64,000 nucleotides of DNA from an uncultured Burkholderiales bacterium (GTDB taxonomy: Bacteria > Pseudomonadota > Gammaproteobacteria > Burkholderiales > Burkholderiaceae_C), in the NCBI GenBank assembly GCA_903935585.1, contig CAIZSE010000078.1, positions 36,866 to 100,865 on the forward strand, written 5' to 3'. Made by a program: the position numbers and the translations under genes. Under the pieces are notes generated by a model. It was given only the letters and a program-made list of their open reading frames with translations. It had not been told where the DNA came from and searched no databases. This document shows, piece after piece, positions 13,009-23,721 of this stretch (within the stretch, counting starts at the first letter, position 1; every line of letters starts with the position of its first letter).

Positions 13009-13395
13009 ATGGCATATTCTGAAAAAGTGGTTGACCACTACGAGAACCCCCGCAATGTCGGCTCTTTTGACAAGGGCGACGACAGCGTCGGCACGGGCAT
13101 GGTCGGTGCGCCCGCATGCGGCGATGTGATGAAGCTGCAGATCAAGGTCAACCCGAAAACCGGCGTGATCGAAGATGCTCGCTTCAAGACCTATGGCTGC
13201 GGCTCGGCCATTGCGTCCAGCTCGCTGGTCACCGAATGGGTCAAGGGCAAGACCCTCGACGAAGCGGCGGCCCTCAAAAACAGCCAGATCGCCGAAGAGC
13301 TGGCGCTGCCGCCCGTCAAGATCCACTGCTCCATCCTGGCCGAAGACGCCATCAAGGCCGCTGTGGACGACTACAAAAAGAAACACCTGAACTGA
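13009..13395 (+). CDS. iscU: Fe-S scaffold IscU
   Basis: [36 protein letters not shown]. Confidence 0.97.
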   Translation: MAYSEKVVDHYENPRNVGSFDKGDDSVGTGMVGAPACGDVMKLQIKVNPKTGVIEDARFKTYGCGSAIASSSLVTEWVKGKTLDEAAALKNSQIAEELALPPVKIHCSILAEDAIKAAVDDYKKKHLN

Positions 13396-13396
13396 C

Positions 13397-13720
13397 ATGG
13401 CCATCTCACTGTCTGCTGCCGCAGCCCGGCATGTGACCCGCTACCTGGCCAAACGTGGCTCGGGTGTCGGTGTGCGCCTGGGGGTCAAGACCACTGGGTG
13501 CTCTGGACTGGCTTATAAGCTGGAGTATGTGGACGACATCTCCCCTGAAGACGTGGTCTTTGAAGGCCATGGCGTCAAGGTGCTGGTCGACCCGAAAAGT
13601 TTGGCCTACATCGATGGCACCGAACTCGACTTCGTGCGTGAAGGCTTGAATGAGGGGTTTCGCTTCAACAACCCCAACGAACGTGACCGCTGCGGTTGCG
13701 GCGAATCGTTTCGCGTGTGA
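13397..13720 (+). CDS. iscA: Fe-S assembly protein IscA
   Basis: TTGCSGLAY and CGCGESF motifs. Confidence 0.96.
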   Translation: MAISLSAAAARHVTRYLAKRGSGVGVRLGVKTTGCSGLAYKLEYVDDISPEDVVFEGHGVKVLVDPKSLAYIDGTELDFVREGLNEGFRFNNPNERDRCGCGESFRV

Positions 13721-14235
13721 TCAGCCTGCAAGCCAACGATTTCGAGCTGTTTGATGTGCCTGCGCAGTTTGCGCAGGACAGGGCACTGCTCGATGCCCGT
13801 TGGAAGCTGCTTCAGCGTGAAGCCCACCCTGACCGCTTTGCCGCCGAAGGCGCTGCCGCCCAGCGTGTGGCCATGCAGTGGTCCGTGCGCATCAACGAGG
13901 CATACCAGAGACTGAAAGACCCGCTCAAACGCGCAGCATATTTGTGCGAACTGCAAGGCGCTCCCGTGCAGGCCGAGAACAACACAGCCATGCCAGCCGC
14001 GTTTTTGATGCAGCAAATGGCCTGGCGTGAAGGCTTAGAAGACACCGAAAGTGCTGAGGGCTTGGAAGCCCTGGCGGAGCAGGTCAGTGCCGAGCAGCGC
14101 CGGGTTCAACTTGAACTGGCCGACCTGCTTGACCAAGCCAAAAAACCCGAACTGGCCGTGGGGCAGGTGAGGGCGCTGATGTTCATTGAGCGCTTCATGC
14201 AAGAAGTGAACGCTAAACTTGACCGATTGAATTGA
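13717..14235 (+). CDS. hscB: Co-chaperone HscB
   Basis: J-domain HPD motif, [11 protein letters not shown]; GTG start overlapping the iscA stop. Confidence 0.93.
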   Translation: MISLQANDFELFDVPAQFAQDRALLDARWKLLQREAHPDRFAAEGAAAQRVAMQWSVRINEAYQRLKDPLKRAAYLCELQGAPVQAENNTAMPAAFLMQQMAWREGLEDTESAEGLEALAEQVSAEQRRVQLELADLLDQAKKPELAVGQVRALMFIERFMQEVNAKLDRLN

Positions 14236-14251
14236 CCTGAACCGACAGACC

Positions 14252-16117
14252 ATGGCGCTATTGCAAATTTCCGAACCGGGCCAGTCGCCCGATCCTCACC
14301 AGCGCCGCATTGCCGTGGGCATTGATCTTGGCACCACGCATTCCTTGGTGGCCTCGGTGCGCAATGGGGTGGCCGAATGCTTGCCGGACGACGATGGCCG
14401 GGTCATCCTGCCGTCGGTTGTGCGCTTCATGCCTGGGCAGGGCCGCCAAATCGGGTTTGATGCGGTGCAGGCCGCAGCCACCGACCCGGTCAATACCATC
14501 GCTTCAGTCAAGCGTTTCATGGGGCGTGGCCTCAAGGACATCGCTGACCGCAGCAAACTACCCTACCAATTCACAGACAGTGATACGGGCATGCTCAGCA
14601 TCCAGACGGTGCAAGGCCCCAAATCGCCAGTGGAAGTCAGCGCCGAAATTCTGGCCACCTTGCGCTACCGTGCTGAAGACACGTTCAACGACGACCTTTA
14701 CGGTGCAGTGATCACCGTCCCCGCCTACTTTGACGACGCCCAGCGCCAAGCCACCAAAGACGCCGCCCAACTCGCGGGCCTGAACGTCTTGCGGCTCATC
14801 AACGAGCCCACTGCCGCCGCCATTGCATACGGCCTGGACAATGCCAGTGAAGGCGTTTACGCCGTGTTCGACCTGGGTGGTGGCACGTTCGACATCTCCA
14901 TCTTGCGCCTCACACAAGGCGTGTTCGAGGTGCTGGCCACGGGCGGCGATTCTGCTTTGGGTGGCGACGACTACGACCAGGCGCTGGCCGATGCTGCGCT
15001 GGCGCTTCAGCCTGGATTGTTGGCCGTGACCGCAGAAGACAAAACGCTGCTCAAGGCGGCCTCCCGTGCGGCCAAAGAGGCTTTGACAAACGCCGAGTCG
15101 GCTTCACTGGATGTGCCCTTGTCGGCCGGCAAGTTGTCGGTGCAAATGAGCCGTGCAGACTTCGAGCTGGTGACGCAATCCCTCACGGCCCGCTGCATCA
15201 CCGCTGTGCGAAAAGCGCTGCGTGATGCCCAGTTGACCAAATTAGAGATTCAAGGTGTGGTCATGGTTGGCGGCTCCACACGCATGCCGCAAATTCAGCA
15301 GGCTGTGGCCGACTTTTTTGGCCAGGCCCCACTGAACAACCTCAACCCAGACGAAGTCGTGGCGCTGGGTGCGTCCATCCAGGCCAACCAGTTGGCCGGT
15401 AACAACGCGGCCGGCGAAATGCTGTTGCTGGATGTGATCCCGTTGTCACTGGGCATCGAGACCATGGGGGGACTGGTCGAGCGCATCATCCCGCGCAACC
15501 AGACCATCCCCACCGCCATGGCGCAAGACTTCACCACCTACCAGGACGGGCAGACCGCGCTGGCCCTGCATGTGGTTCAAGGTGAGCGCGATCTGGTGCA
15601 AGACTGCCGCAGTCTGGCCCGTTTTGAGTTGCGTGGCATCCCGCCCATGGCCGCTGGCGCCGCCCGTATCCGGGTGACCTTCACGGTGGACGCTGACGGT
15701 CTGTTGAGCGTGGGCGCCAAAGAGCAACTCAGTGGCGTGGAAGCGCACATCGATGTCAAGCCCTCTTATGGCTTGAGCGACGATCAGATCGCCACCATGC
15801 TGCAAGAAAGCTTCACCACAGCGCAAGCCGATATGAAGGCCCGCGCGTTGGTCGAGGCGAGGGTGGACGCCGACCGCATGCTGCTGGCCACGCGCAGCGC
15901 CCTCCAATCAGATGGCCACTTGCTGCAAGCCGATGAGCGCAACGCCATTGATGCCCTGGTGGCCACTTTGCAAGCCGCTGTGCAAACCGAACAAGAGGCC
16001 CAAGCGCTGGAAGACCTGACCCAGGCATTGGCCAAAGGCACCGAAGCCTTTGCTGCTGAGCGCATGAACCACAGCATTCGAAAAGCTTTGGCAGGCCAAA
16101 ATATCCAAGCCTTGTAA
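14252..16117 (+). CDS. hscA: Fe-S chaperone HscA (Hsp70)
   Basis: [19 protein letters not shown], isc operon position. Confidence 0.95.
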   Translation: MALLQISEPGQSPDPHQRRIAVGIDLGTTHSLVASVRNGVAECLPDDDGRVILPSVVRFMPGQGRQIGFDAVQAAATDPVNTIASVKRFMGRGLKDIADRSKLPYQFTDSDTGMLSIQTVQGPKSPVEVSAEILATLRYRAEDTFNDDLYGAVITVPAYFDDAQRQATKDAAQLAGLNVLRLINEPTAAAIAYGLDNASEGVYAVFDLGGGTFDISILRLTQGVFEVLATGGDSALGGDDYDQALADAALALQPGLLAVTAEDKTLLKAASRAAKEALTNAESASLDVPLSAGKLSVQMSRADFELVTQSLTARCITAVRKALRDAQLTKLEIQGVVMVGGSTRMPQIQQAVADFFGQAPLNNLNPDEVVALGASIQANQLAGNNAAGEMLLLDVIPLSLGIETMGGLVERIIPRNQTIPTAMAQDFTTYQDGQTALALHVVQGERDLVQDCRSLARFELRGIPPMAAGAARIRVTFTVDADGLLSVGAKEQLSGVEAHIDVKPSYGLSDDQIATMLQESFTTAQADMKARALVEARVDADRMLLATRSALQSDGHLLQADERNAIDALVATLQAAVQTEQEAQALEDLTQALAKGTEAFAAERMNHSIRKALAGQNIQAL

Positions 16118-16150
16118 ACGCCTGATCTGACCCGAATTCAAAAGACACCT

Positions 16151-16489
16151 ATGCCCGTCATCAAAATTCTCCCCCATCCCGAATACTGCCCCAGCGGCGC
16201 AGAAATTACCGCACCAGCAGGCACCAGCATTTGCGAAGCTTTGCTGGACAATAAAATCAACATTGAGCACGCCTGCGACATGAGCGCGGCCTGCACCACC
16301 TGCCATGTGGTTGTGCGCGAGGGCTTCAAAAGCCTGAACGAAATGCAAGAGACAGAAGAAGACCTGCTTGACCGCGCTTGGGGCCTCGAGCCCAACTCTC
16401 GCCTGAGTTGCCAGGCCTTTGTGGCCAAGCAGGATCTGGTGATCGAGATTCCGCGTTACACCATCAACCACGCCAAAGAACTTCACTGA
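16151..16489 (+). CDS. fdx: ISC 2Fe-2S ferredoxin
   Basis: EHACDMSAACTTCH, SRLSCQ. Confidence 0.95.
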   Translation: MPVIKILPHPEYCPSGAEITAPAGTSICEALLDNKINIEHACDMSAACTTCHVVVREGFKSLNEMQETEEDLLDRAWGLEPNSRLSCQAFVAKQDLVIEIPRYTINHAKELH

Positions 16490-16508
16490 ACTGCGAAGCA
16501 AAAAAACC

Positions 16509-17225
16509 ATGCGCCAAATCGTTTTAGACACTGAAACCACAGGCCTTTCAGCCGAAGGTGGCGACCGCATCATCGAACTCGGTTGCGTTGAACTGTATGC
16601 CCGCAAGCTCACTGGGAAAAACCTTCATTTTTACTTCAACCCAGAGCGTGACAGCCACGAAGATGCCCTCAAGGTGCATGGCATCAGCAATGATTTCTTG
16701 CGGGACAAACCCAAGTTTTCCGAGCTGGCTGAAGAAATTTTGAACTACCTCAGTGACGCCGAAATCATCATCCACAACGCTGCGTTTGACGTCGGTTTTC
16801 TGAACAAGGAGTTGGAGCGTGTAGGCAAGAAGCCACTGAAGGCCTATGTGGACAACGTGATCGACACGCTGGCCATGGCCAAGGAAATGTTCCCAGGCAA
16901 GCGCAACAGCCTGGATGCCCTGTGCGATCGTCTGGAGGTTGACAACTCGGGCCGCACCCTGCACGGCGCCTTGCTGGATGCCGAGTTGCTGGCCGATGTG
17001 TACATCAACATGACGCGCGGCCAGGAAGCCCTGCTGATTGACGCGGGCGATGCCCCCAGCGATTCGAAAACTGTGTCGGTCCAAGTTGACCTGAGCCAAT
17101 TCACTTTGCCCATCGTCTTGGCCAACGCGCAAGAACTTGCCGTCCATGAAGATGTTTTGACCCAACTCGACAAATCCAGCGGTGGGCAAACTGTCTGGCG
17201 CCAAATCCAAGTTGCGTCAGCTTGA
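16509..17225 (+). CDS. dnaQ: DNA polymerase III epsilon subunit
   Basis: VLDTETTG, IHNAAFD, HGALLDAELLA (DEDDh exonuclease). Confidence 0.96.
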   Translation: MRQIVLDTETTGLSAEGGDRIIELGCVELYARKLTGKNLHFYFNPERDSHEDALKVHGISNDFLRDKPKFSELAEEILNYLSDAEIIIHNAAFDVGFLNKELERVGKKPLKAYVDNVIDTLAMAKEMFPGKRNSLDALCDRLEVDNSGRTLHGALLDAELLADVYINMTRGQEALLIDAGDAPSDSKTVSVQVDLSQFTLPIVLANAQELAVHEDVLTQLDKSSGGQTVWRQIQVASA

Positions 17226-17302
17226 GACGTCAATTCTTGCTTGTCAGACGCCAGTTAGTCATATTTTTCATGCAATAATATTGGTCTTCGCTGAGAAGCG
17301 TG

Positions 17303-17377
17303 GGGCGATTAGCTCAGGGGTAGAGCACTGCATTCACACTGCAGGGGTCGCAAGTTCGAAACTTGCATCGCCCACCA
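17303..17377 (+). tRNA. tRNA-Val(CAC)
   Basis: Acceptor stem GGGCGAT/ATCGCCC, D-arm AGCTCAGGGGTAGAGC, anticodon arm CTGCA-TTCACAC-TGCAG, T-loop GTTCGAAAC, encoded CCA. Confidence 0.96.
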
Positions 17378-17397
17378 AAAATTCCCAATGAAATCAA

Positions 17398-17430
17398 GCA
17401 CTTAGAGGAAACTCTAGGTGCTTTTTCTTT
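17398..17430 (+). terminator. Rho-independent terminator after the tRNA
   Basis: GCACTTAGAG-GAAA-CTCTAGGTGC hairpin followed by TTTTTCTTT. Confidence 0.75.
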
Positions 17431-17464
17431 GGTTCAAAGTAGTATGGTCCGGGTTTACTACTTC

Positions 17465-17499
17465 TCATAGATTTTTCGATGTCTTTTCATAGATTTCGG
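17465..17499. repeat. Tandem TCATAGATTT repeats; member of a motif family also at 54512-54545 and 62110-62126
   Basis: TCATAGATTT at 17465 and 17487; CTTTTCATAGATTTCGG (17483-17499) recurs exactly inverted at 62110-62126; TTTTCATAGATTTC recurs at 54532-54545. Confidence 0.7.
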
Positions 17500-17840
17500 A
17501 ACAGTCAAACAACCCCATTTCAATGAGTCAACTGTGACGCCAGCATGGTGTCAATGCTGCATTGATTTTTGCCTCTGCTCAGACGCAGCTAGCGCTGTGC
17601 TCAACTTGAAAAAAACGCTACGTTTGTTTTGAAGCGACACCTGCTATCAGCCCAGCGAGCCCAAGAAAAAACGCTTTGTAGGGCTTTTTTGATGCCCGCA
17701 CGGGTGCCAGCTGCAAAGGAGCACTGCCTTAAGCAGACTTTGCGCGCAAACATTCGCTAAAGGCTGGGAGCGGACCATTACCTAGTGCATATGACCGTCG
17801 GTTGCCGCCTTAGGGATCTACTTGTGGCACCATATTGATC

Positions 17841-18527
17841 ATGACCAGCAGACCCAGCGCACTCTCGAAATTGCCAACTCCTGGCCAAGAGCCTCCCTCA
17901 CTCAACGAGGAAGCTTATCGCCGCATTGAGGAGATGATCGTGACTCTTGAGCTCGCTCCAGGCAGCGTGGTGTCGGAAGCCATGCTCAGCGAACGCATTG
18001 GCATTGGACATACGCCGATCCGTGAAGCTTTGCAGCGTCTGGCGCGTGAACACCTTGTTCAGATCCTGCCCCGTCGTGGGGTGGTAGTGACCGCCATCGA
18101 CGTGGGTCATCAACTCCAGATCCTAGAGACACGACGCGAACTCGACCGCTTGATCGCTCGTTCTGCAGCCACGCGTGCCACTCTGGCTGAACGCGAAGCC
18201 ATGGCAGCTGTCGCACATGGCATGGAAGCTGCTGTGAAGTCTGAAGACCTTGTGTCATTCCTGCAGTGGGACAACGAAATGAACAGGCAGTCTGCACTAA
18301 GCGCTCGAAACATGGTGGCTGCTGCGGCCGTGTCCGCCCTTCACTCGGCCTCACGGCGTTTCTGGTTCTACCATCATCATGGCCAAGTCAACGCGACACT
18401 GCGTCTGCATGTGGCCCTTGCACGTGCGATGGCCTCCGGCAAACCTGAGAAGGCTGCCGATGCCAGTGATCGGGTGATTGATGATCTATTTGATTTCGCC
18501 CACAGGACCCTGATTACCCGTACTTGA
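17841..18527 (+). CDS. GntR/FadR-family (FCD) transcriptional regulator
   Basis: AYRRIEEMIVTLELAPG...GIGHTPIREALQRLA wHTH followed by FCD-like helical domain. Confidence 0.88.
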   Translation: MTSRPSALSKLPTPGQEPPSLNEEAYRRIEEMIVTLELAPGSVVSEAMLSERIGIGHTPIREALQRLAREHLVQILPRRGVVVTAIDVGHQLQILETRRELDRLIARSAATRATLAEREAMAAVAHGMEAAVKSEDLVSFLQWDNEMNRQSALSARNMVAAAAVSALHSASRRFWFYHHHGQVNATLRLHVALARAMASGKPEKAADASDRVIDDLFDFAHRTLITRT

Positions 18528-18553
18528 CAACTGGCATGCCAGTCACATACCAT
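18524..18553 (+). promoter_or_regulatory. Putative sigma70 promoter with palindromic operator in the spacer
   Basis: TTGACA (18524-29), 18 nt, TACCAT (18548-53); perfect 14-bp palindrome ACTGGCATGCCAGT at 18530-18543. Confidence 0.6.
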
Positions 18554-18578
18554 GAACTCCTGTTTAAGGAGTTTGCCT

Positions 18579-19397
18579 GTGCGCCTCACCCATCTGCAGA
18601 TCGAAACCTACCACCGAGATGGATTCATTACCCTCGATGGCCTTTTTTCCGCCTCCGAGGTAGCGGCCATGAGAGCCGAGCTTGAGCGAATTCAAGAGAT
18701 CGAAACGGATCACCTGGTACGGGAAAAGGGCAGCAATGCTGCCAAAACTATCTATCGGGTCCACGAGGCGGATGGCCCTACGGCTTCACCGGTGTTTCAT
18801 GCCGTCTCGCGTACTTCACGCGTGCTCGAGCCCGCGCAGGATCTGCTTTCCGAGCAGCAGTTGTACATCCATCACACGAAATGCAATTTGAAGACCGCCA
18901 TTGACGGCTCGGTGTGGGCGTGGCACCAGGATTACGGAACCTGGAAGCGAGATGGCATGCCTGAGGCACGTCCAACTACTGCGCTGGTCATGTTGGACGA
19001 GCCCACAGAGATGAACGGCTGCTTGTACTTTATTCCGGGCAGCCACAAGGAGGGCAGTCTGGAGCCTGAATTCAACGAAGCTACGGGCTACAAGTTTTAT
19101 GTGACGCCAAAGGACAAGCTGTTAGAAATCATGGCCCGCAGCCCCGAACCAGTGGCGATCACTGGCAAGCCCGGCACCGTGGTGTTCTTTGACTGCAACA
19201 TCCTGCACGCCTCGGGACATAACTTGTCCCAGCACAATCGTTGGGCGATTTATGTGGTTTACAACCCGGTAACCAACCGGTGTCGCGATGTTCCCAACCC
19301 ACGGCCTGATTACGTCCGGTCGACCAATACAAAACCACTCATCATGGGAAGCGAGCACATTTTCTCGCTTGAAAGCTCGACGCAGGAGGCCCGATGA
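18579..19397 (+). CDS. PhyH-family Fe(II)/2-oxoglutarate dioxygenase (EctD/proline-hydroxylase-like)
   Basis: WAWHQD (HxD), NGCLYFIPGSH, LHASGHN distal His; GTG 18579 follows an AAGGAG RBS (ORF track starts at ATG 18552). Confidence 0.85.
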   Translation: MRLTHLQIETYHRDGFITLDGLFSASEVAAMRAELERIQEIETDHLVREKGSNAAKTIYRVHEADGPTASPVFHAVSRTSRVLEPAQDLLSEQQLYIHHTKCNLKTAIDGSVWAWHQDYGTWKRDGMPEARPTTALVMLDEPTEMNGCLYFIPGSHKEGSLEPEFNEATGYKFYVTPKDKLLEIMARSPEPVAITGKPGTVVFFDCNILHASGHNLSQHNRWAIYVVYNPVTNRCRDVPNPRPDYVRSTNTKPLIMGSEHIFSLESSTQEAR

Positions 19398-20260
19398 ATA
19401 TCCGTCATCAACGCATCCTCTCCCCTGAACAGATCAGGGATTACCACGATACGGGTTACCTCAATCTCCGACAGGTACTTGATCCCAAATTGCTTGCGAG
19501 GCTGATCGCGACCACTGAGCGACTGTACGATGAGGGCCGATCACTCCAGCAAAAGTCGAAACATTACGACCTGGAGCCTGCGCATACCGCCCAGGCGCCG
19601 CGCATACGGCGAATCTCCAGCCCGACCGAGCTTGATCCGGTCTACGTTGCAACTGCTTTTGAGTCGATTCTTGGTGACATCGCCGCAGACCTGCTTGGTG
19701 GAGCGGTCAAGTTTTACCACTCGAAGATCAATTTCAAACTGCCTCATGGAGGTGCAGAGATTGGCTGGCATCAGGACTGGCCGGTGTTTCCTCACACCAA
19801 CACCAATCTTGTCGCTCTGAGCGTACCTTTGAATCCGTCCCGCGCCATCAATGGCTGCCTTCAGACGATCCCCGGCAGCCACAAGTTGGGGCCGCGCAGT
19901 CATTGGGAAAACGGCATCTATAAACTCAATTGCAACCACACGATGACGCGGGAAGACTTTGAGAACGTAGTCGACAATGAGCTGGATGTGGGAGATGTGG
20001 TGGCACATCACGGCCTCGCAGTGCACGGCTCCAGTCAAAATCGCTCGGACACCTTGCGCACGACCTACATCATTCAGTACGCCGCTGCTGACTCATTCGC
20101 CTATACCGCACCCGTTGTAGACAGCATCCATCGCAACCAGATGGTCAGGGGCGAGCCGGCTACCCATGCACGCGTGGAAGCTGGAGTGATCGAATTACCG
20201 CCGGATTTCTCGGCGGGATATTCAGGCATTTACGCTTTGCAGACGGCAGGTAAGAGCTAG
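19394..20260 (+). CDS. PhyH-family Fe(II)/2-oxoglutarate dioxygenase
   Basis: GWHQDW, NGCLQTIPGSH, VHGSSQNRS; ATGA overlap with previous gene. Confidence 0.85.
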   Translation: MNIRHQRILSPEQIRDYHDTGYLNLRQVLDPKLLARLIATTERLYDEGRSLQQKSKHYDLEPAHTAQAPRIRRISSPTELDPVYVATAFESILGDIAADLLGGAVKFYHSKINFKLPHGGAEIGWHQDWPVFPHTNTNLVALSVPLNPSRAINGCLQTIPGSHKLGPRSHWENGIYKLNCNHTMTREDFENVVDNELDVGDVVAHHGLAVHGSSQNRSDTLRTTYIIQYAAADSFAYTAPVVDSIHRNQMVRGEPATHARVEAGVIELPPDFSAGYSGIYALQTAGKS

Positions 20261-20341
20261 GGCTTTTCGATGAGTACATCGGTGGAGCCACTTCGAGCTA
20301 TCGGCCGCAACCACTGCATAGCCGTCGTCAACTCTGACTCT

Positions 20342-21691
20342 TTACTCCCAAGGCCGTGGCCGACGTTTGCTCTGCAGTTCACCCACGTTCATCTCCCCTT
20401 GCAGTGGTGCAGCGTAGAAGCGGTCAATCATCTCGGGGCTAGTTCGGGCATTGCGAGCCAAGGTCAAGGTGTCAACGGTACGGCCAAACATCAACCGGAA
20501 CATGATGCTGCTGTGGCGCAGGCTGTAAAGCGTTCTGGTTTCTCCTGCAGTACTCAGCTTCAAGCCTGTGACTTCCAGCACGATTTCAAACTGCCTTGCC
20601 AGCAGCTTCATGGCGTTGTCGCGTGATGCCGCTTCTGGCATGAACACATAGTCCTCGGGGTGAATGTCGCGACCAAGTTCCAGCACCTGTCTGCGCCTGA
20701 TGCGTTCATACACTTTCACAGCCCATGGCATGGTGGTGATGGGAAATGTGTGCCCCTTGCTGGGTGGCAAGCTGAGCCGCAGGTATGTCCACTCCCGTCG
20801 AATGATTTCCACATGCTTGTGCTGCATGTTGCGAATGTCAGTAGGGCGGATGTAGCTGTTGACCATGAACACGATCAAGTCCGCCAAGTCCTTGGTCATC
20901 TCGATGCGCTTGATCAATCGGTCAGAAGGTCCCAACTTGCCACCAGGCTCGCAAAAGTAGGATCCCTTGGTTTCTTCGGAATGTGCCCGCCATTCAACTT
21001 TCTTGCCAGCCAGTTTTTTGGCCACCTTGGTAATTTCTTTGTATTCACCCACGTTGAACCAGCCTCGCGGCTTGTCCTCAATGCCAACCTTGGGAAACTC
21101 GGGGATGTGCTGGATAAAGCTGTGTCTGGCCGCGTGCTGCAAAACTTTGCGCGTGAGGCCCATGTAGGCACCCAGCGTGCTCACACTCAGCTTGGGCACT
21201 TGGTTGGACAGCTTCTGCAGAAATTCGTCCAGCATCTTGTAGTTGATGCTGAGCACATCCGTTTGACCGAAAAAGGGCAGGATGTGTTTGTCGTAGCGCA
21301 GCTGCATGTTGTCGTAACTGATCTTTGACAGTTGGCTTCGGTTCAGCTTGGCTAATTCACTGTCCATCAGCATCTTGGTGGCCTTGGCGAAAGTCACAAC
21401 TTCTGCAGCGTTGACCTCGATGGGCAAGCCTTCAAAGTTGCCACCCCTTATGCGAATGGTGATGTCATCGTAAAAGCGCTTGGCCGCTTCCAACGCGTCA
21501 CGCTTGATTTCGGTCTTGGTGGTGCGCTTGAAGATGTGGCTCTCGGCGTAATACCTGACCCACCAGTAGCTGGACGCTGGAATTTTGAAGATCACCAGCT
21601 TGCGTGGGTACCCTGGAATTCGCGTGATGGTTTCCTTGATGGGCACAGACCTGTGCCTTTCGTGTGAGTCGGGTTCAATGGCGCGTGGCAT
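20342..21691 (-). CDS. Tyrosine recombinase / phage-type integrase
   Basis: Catalytic pattern YIRPTD (R), LYSLRHS, RTSPEMIDRFY (Y); N-terminal WWVRYY arm-binding-like region. Confidence 0.85.
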   Translation of the reverse strand: MPRAIEPDSHERHRSVPIKETITRIPGYPRKLVIFKIPASSYWWVRYYAESHIFKRTTKTEIKRDALEAAKRFYDDITIRIRGGNFEGLPIEVNAAEVVTFAKATKMLMDSELAKLNRSQLSKISYDNMQLRYDKHILPFFGQTDVLSINYKMLDEFLQKLSNQVPKLSVSTLGAYMGLTRKVLQHAARHSFIQHIPEFPKVGIEDKPRGWFNVGEYKEITKVAKKLAGKKVEWRAHSEETKGSYFCEPGGKLGPSDRLIKRIEMTKDLADLIVFMVNSYIRPTDIRNMQHKHVEIIRREWTYLRLSLPPSKGHTFPITTMPWAVKVYERIRRRQVLELGRDIHPEDYVFMPEAASRDNAMKLLARQFEIVLEVTGLKLSTAGETRTLYSLRHSSIMFRLMFGRTVDTLTLARNARTSPEMIDRFYAAPLQGEMNVGELQSKRRPRPWE

Positions 21692-21844
21692 GTCAATTTC
21701 TCGGCTGTATTCATAAAGTTTGTTTTCTGAACAGCTGACCAGTCAACCTGAAAGGGGCAGGGCTCGGGTTGATCTGTGGCTTTTAAACGATCAATCTCTT
21801 AAAGAATCGCCCTGCAAATTCGGCAATCATTTGCAGGACGTTAT

Positions 21845-22486
21845 TCACACGGTTTCAGCCTCATCTTCAGGTTCGGCAGAAGATGCTTTCTTGAAAGGTG
21901 AGGCGACCTTCCATCGGTTTGACTCGTACCAATCAAGAATGGCTTTTTCGATGATGGCCAGTTGCGCATCACCGTAGCCTTCAAGTAAGTTGTTCAAGGA
22001 TGTCACATCAGGCTGCAATAGAGTTATGTCTGTGAACCCCTTTTCAACAGCAGTGTTCCTTTGATCTTCAAGGGTTCGGGACATGTATTGAACCGACTGA
22101 ATCATTGAATGGATTTCGTAAAAATGATCGATGAGATTGGCCAGTTGATCAAAATTCTGCTCAGTCAGATTGAAGCCTTCAATGACTTCAGCGTCGTACT
22201 GAAGTTTCATAAACAGATTGGAATGAACTTCGGCCACGGTGATCAAAAAATCTGAGCTGCGAAAGTCCGATTGCTTCTTTCCCGTCTTTTCTATTCGGGC
22301 AACAATTCCCAGTAGGTCTGTTAGCCGATGAATGCTGTTGGAGAAATTGCCTCTGCTCTTGTAGTACCTGCCGTCTGGAATCGACAAGATTCTTTTCAGG
22401 TCTTTCAACTTGGGAAGTTCAGTGTCGAAGTGGGCCTTCATCAAGATCACAGTGGCTTTACCACGGGGTCCTAAAAATTCGCTCAT
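21845..22486 (-). CDS. Hypothetical protein
   Basis: 213-aa ORF, co-oriented with integrase; no motif recognised. Confidence 0.6.
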   Translation of the reverse strand: MSEFLGPRGKATVILMKAHFDTELPKLKDLKRILSIPDGRYYKSRGNFSNSIHRLTDLLGIVARIEKTGKKQSDFRSSDFLITVAEVHSNLFMKLQYDAEVIEGFNLTEQNFDQLANLIDHFYEIHSMIQSVQYMSRTLEDQRNTAVEKGFTDITLLQPDVTSLNNLLEGYGDAQLAIIEKAILDWYESNRWKVASPFKKASSAEPEDEAETV

Positions 22487-22561
22487 TGGGTTCTCCTGGT
22501 TTTATTTCAAGTTGGGCGGATTGATCCCCAGACCCTCATCGGCTGGGGATCAGGCTTGCAG

Positions 22562-23605
22562 TTAAAACATGGCTTCTTTAACCGTCACGCCAGCGACGTT
22601 TGCATTCATAGGCGCATTGATCATGGCTTCTGGCTGCACAGTTGAGTTGAGGGCAGGCAGTCCCGCAGGCTGATAACCCTTGTCACCCGGTTGCATGCCC
22701 CAACCGGAGGTGATGCCCCATTTCTCGCGCAGCACATCCAGTTTGTCTTCCATGCTTTTCAAGTCGTCAGAAAGGCTGGCTTCAGCCACCATGGCGAGGA
22801 TCTGGGTTTCCATTGCTTCATTGAGCCGGATAAAGCGAACCACGCGGCGCTCGTGTCCCATGGGGTTCACGCACACTGCGAATTCAAAGGTGCCTTCCTT
22901 TTTGCCTTCGCCCACGGTGTTGAGCACGAACTTGTCCTCCACCTGAACCACGGTGTCTGCAACCTTGGCATTGGCCAGTAAGATTTTGCGCAGCAGTTTG
23001 GTCTTGGCCTCCTTGTGTTCCTTCACAGCCTTGGCTGTGCCTGCGTCCTCCTTGGTGGCTGTGATCTTGGCAATGCCACCCCGGTCCTTGATGTAACCAG
23101 GCAATTCAGTGGCGTCCAAGTTTTCCTCGTACGCCACCTGCAGAACCTTCGAGTAGTTGTAGGCTGTTTGGCGATCGGTGGGCAGGATAAAGCGCAACAC
23201 CGTGGTGATCCAAGGTGTGTTGATCTGGGTCTTGATGTCGTGCTCGCTTTCCAGCCGATCGCGCATGCGCTGCAGGATGTGATCTTTCAAAACGGATTCA
23301 TTGATTTGCAGCGCATAGCTGTAGATTGCACCCAGCAGTGCGTACAACTCTTTTGTGCCGCGCACTACGTAGGTCTCAACGTACTGATTGTTCATCTTGG
23401 CCAGGTTCTGGGCCTGACCGAGGATCATGTCCACCTGCACTTCGTTGGCGCTTTTGTCACTGGGCCGGCGCTTGTCTGAGCCACCTAAGGCGCGGTTCAT
23501 CAACAGACCAAAGGAAAACTCATCCACTTGTGAGGTGGTTGCCGGGGTATCGACGGGTGCCCCATTTGCTGCGGGTGGGGCGCTGTTTGTGTTTTCTAAG
23601 TTCAT
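22562..23605 (-). CDS. Hypothetical protein (mobile-element type)
   Basis: 347-aa ORF with AGGAG RBS on the minus strand and biased codon use. Confidence 0.75.
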   Translation of the reverse strand: MNLENTNSAPPAANGAPVDTPATTSQVDEFSFGLLMNRALGGSDKRRPSDKSANEVQVDMILGQAQNLAKMNNQYVETYVVRGTKELYALLGAIYSYALQINESVLKDHILQRMRDRLESEHDIKTQINTPWITTVLRFILPTDRQTAYNYSKVLQVAYEENLDATELPGYIKDRGGIAKITATKEDAGTAKAVKEHKEAKTKLLRKILLANAKVADTVVQVEDKFVLNTVGEGKKEGTFEFAVCVNPMGHERRVVRFIRLNEAMETQILAMVAEASLSDDLKSMEDKLDVLREKWGITSGWGMQPGDKGYQPAGLPALNSTVQPEAMINAPMNANVAGVTVKEAMF

Positions 23606-23721
23606 TTCAAACTCCTGTTAAATTTCATAACCATGGGTTCCGTCGACCAGAATTGGTGCGACACGCTGAGGTTAGGTTTTGGGACAGGGAGTCAGTTCCT
23701 TTTTTCGAGGGGTTCGAAAAA

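Noticed and set aside
18579-19397. Calling the first dioxygenase ectD
   Set aside because: Signature deviates from FxWHSDFETWHxEDGxP and no ectABC genes are nearby
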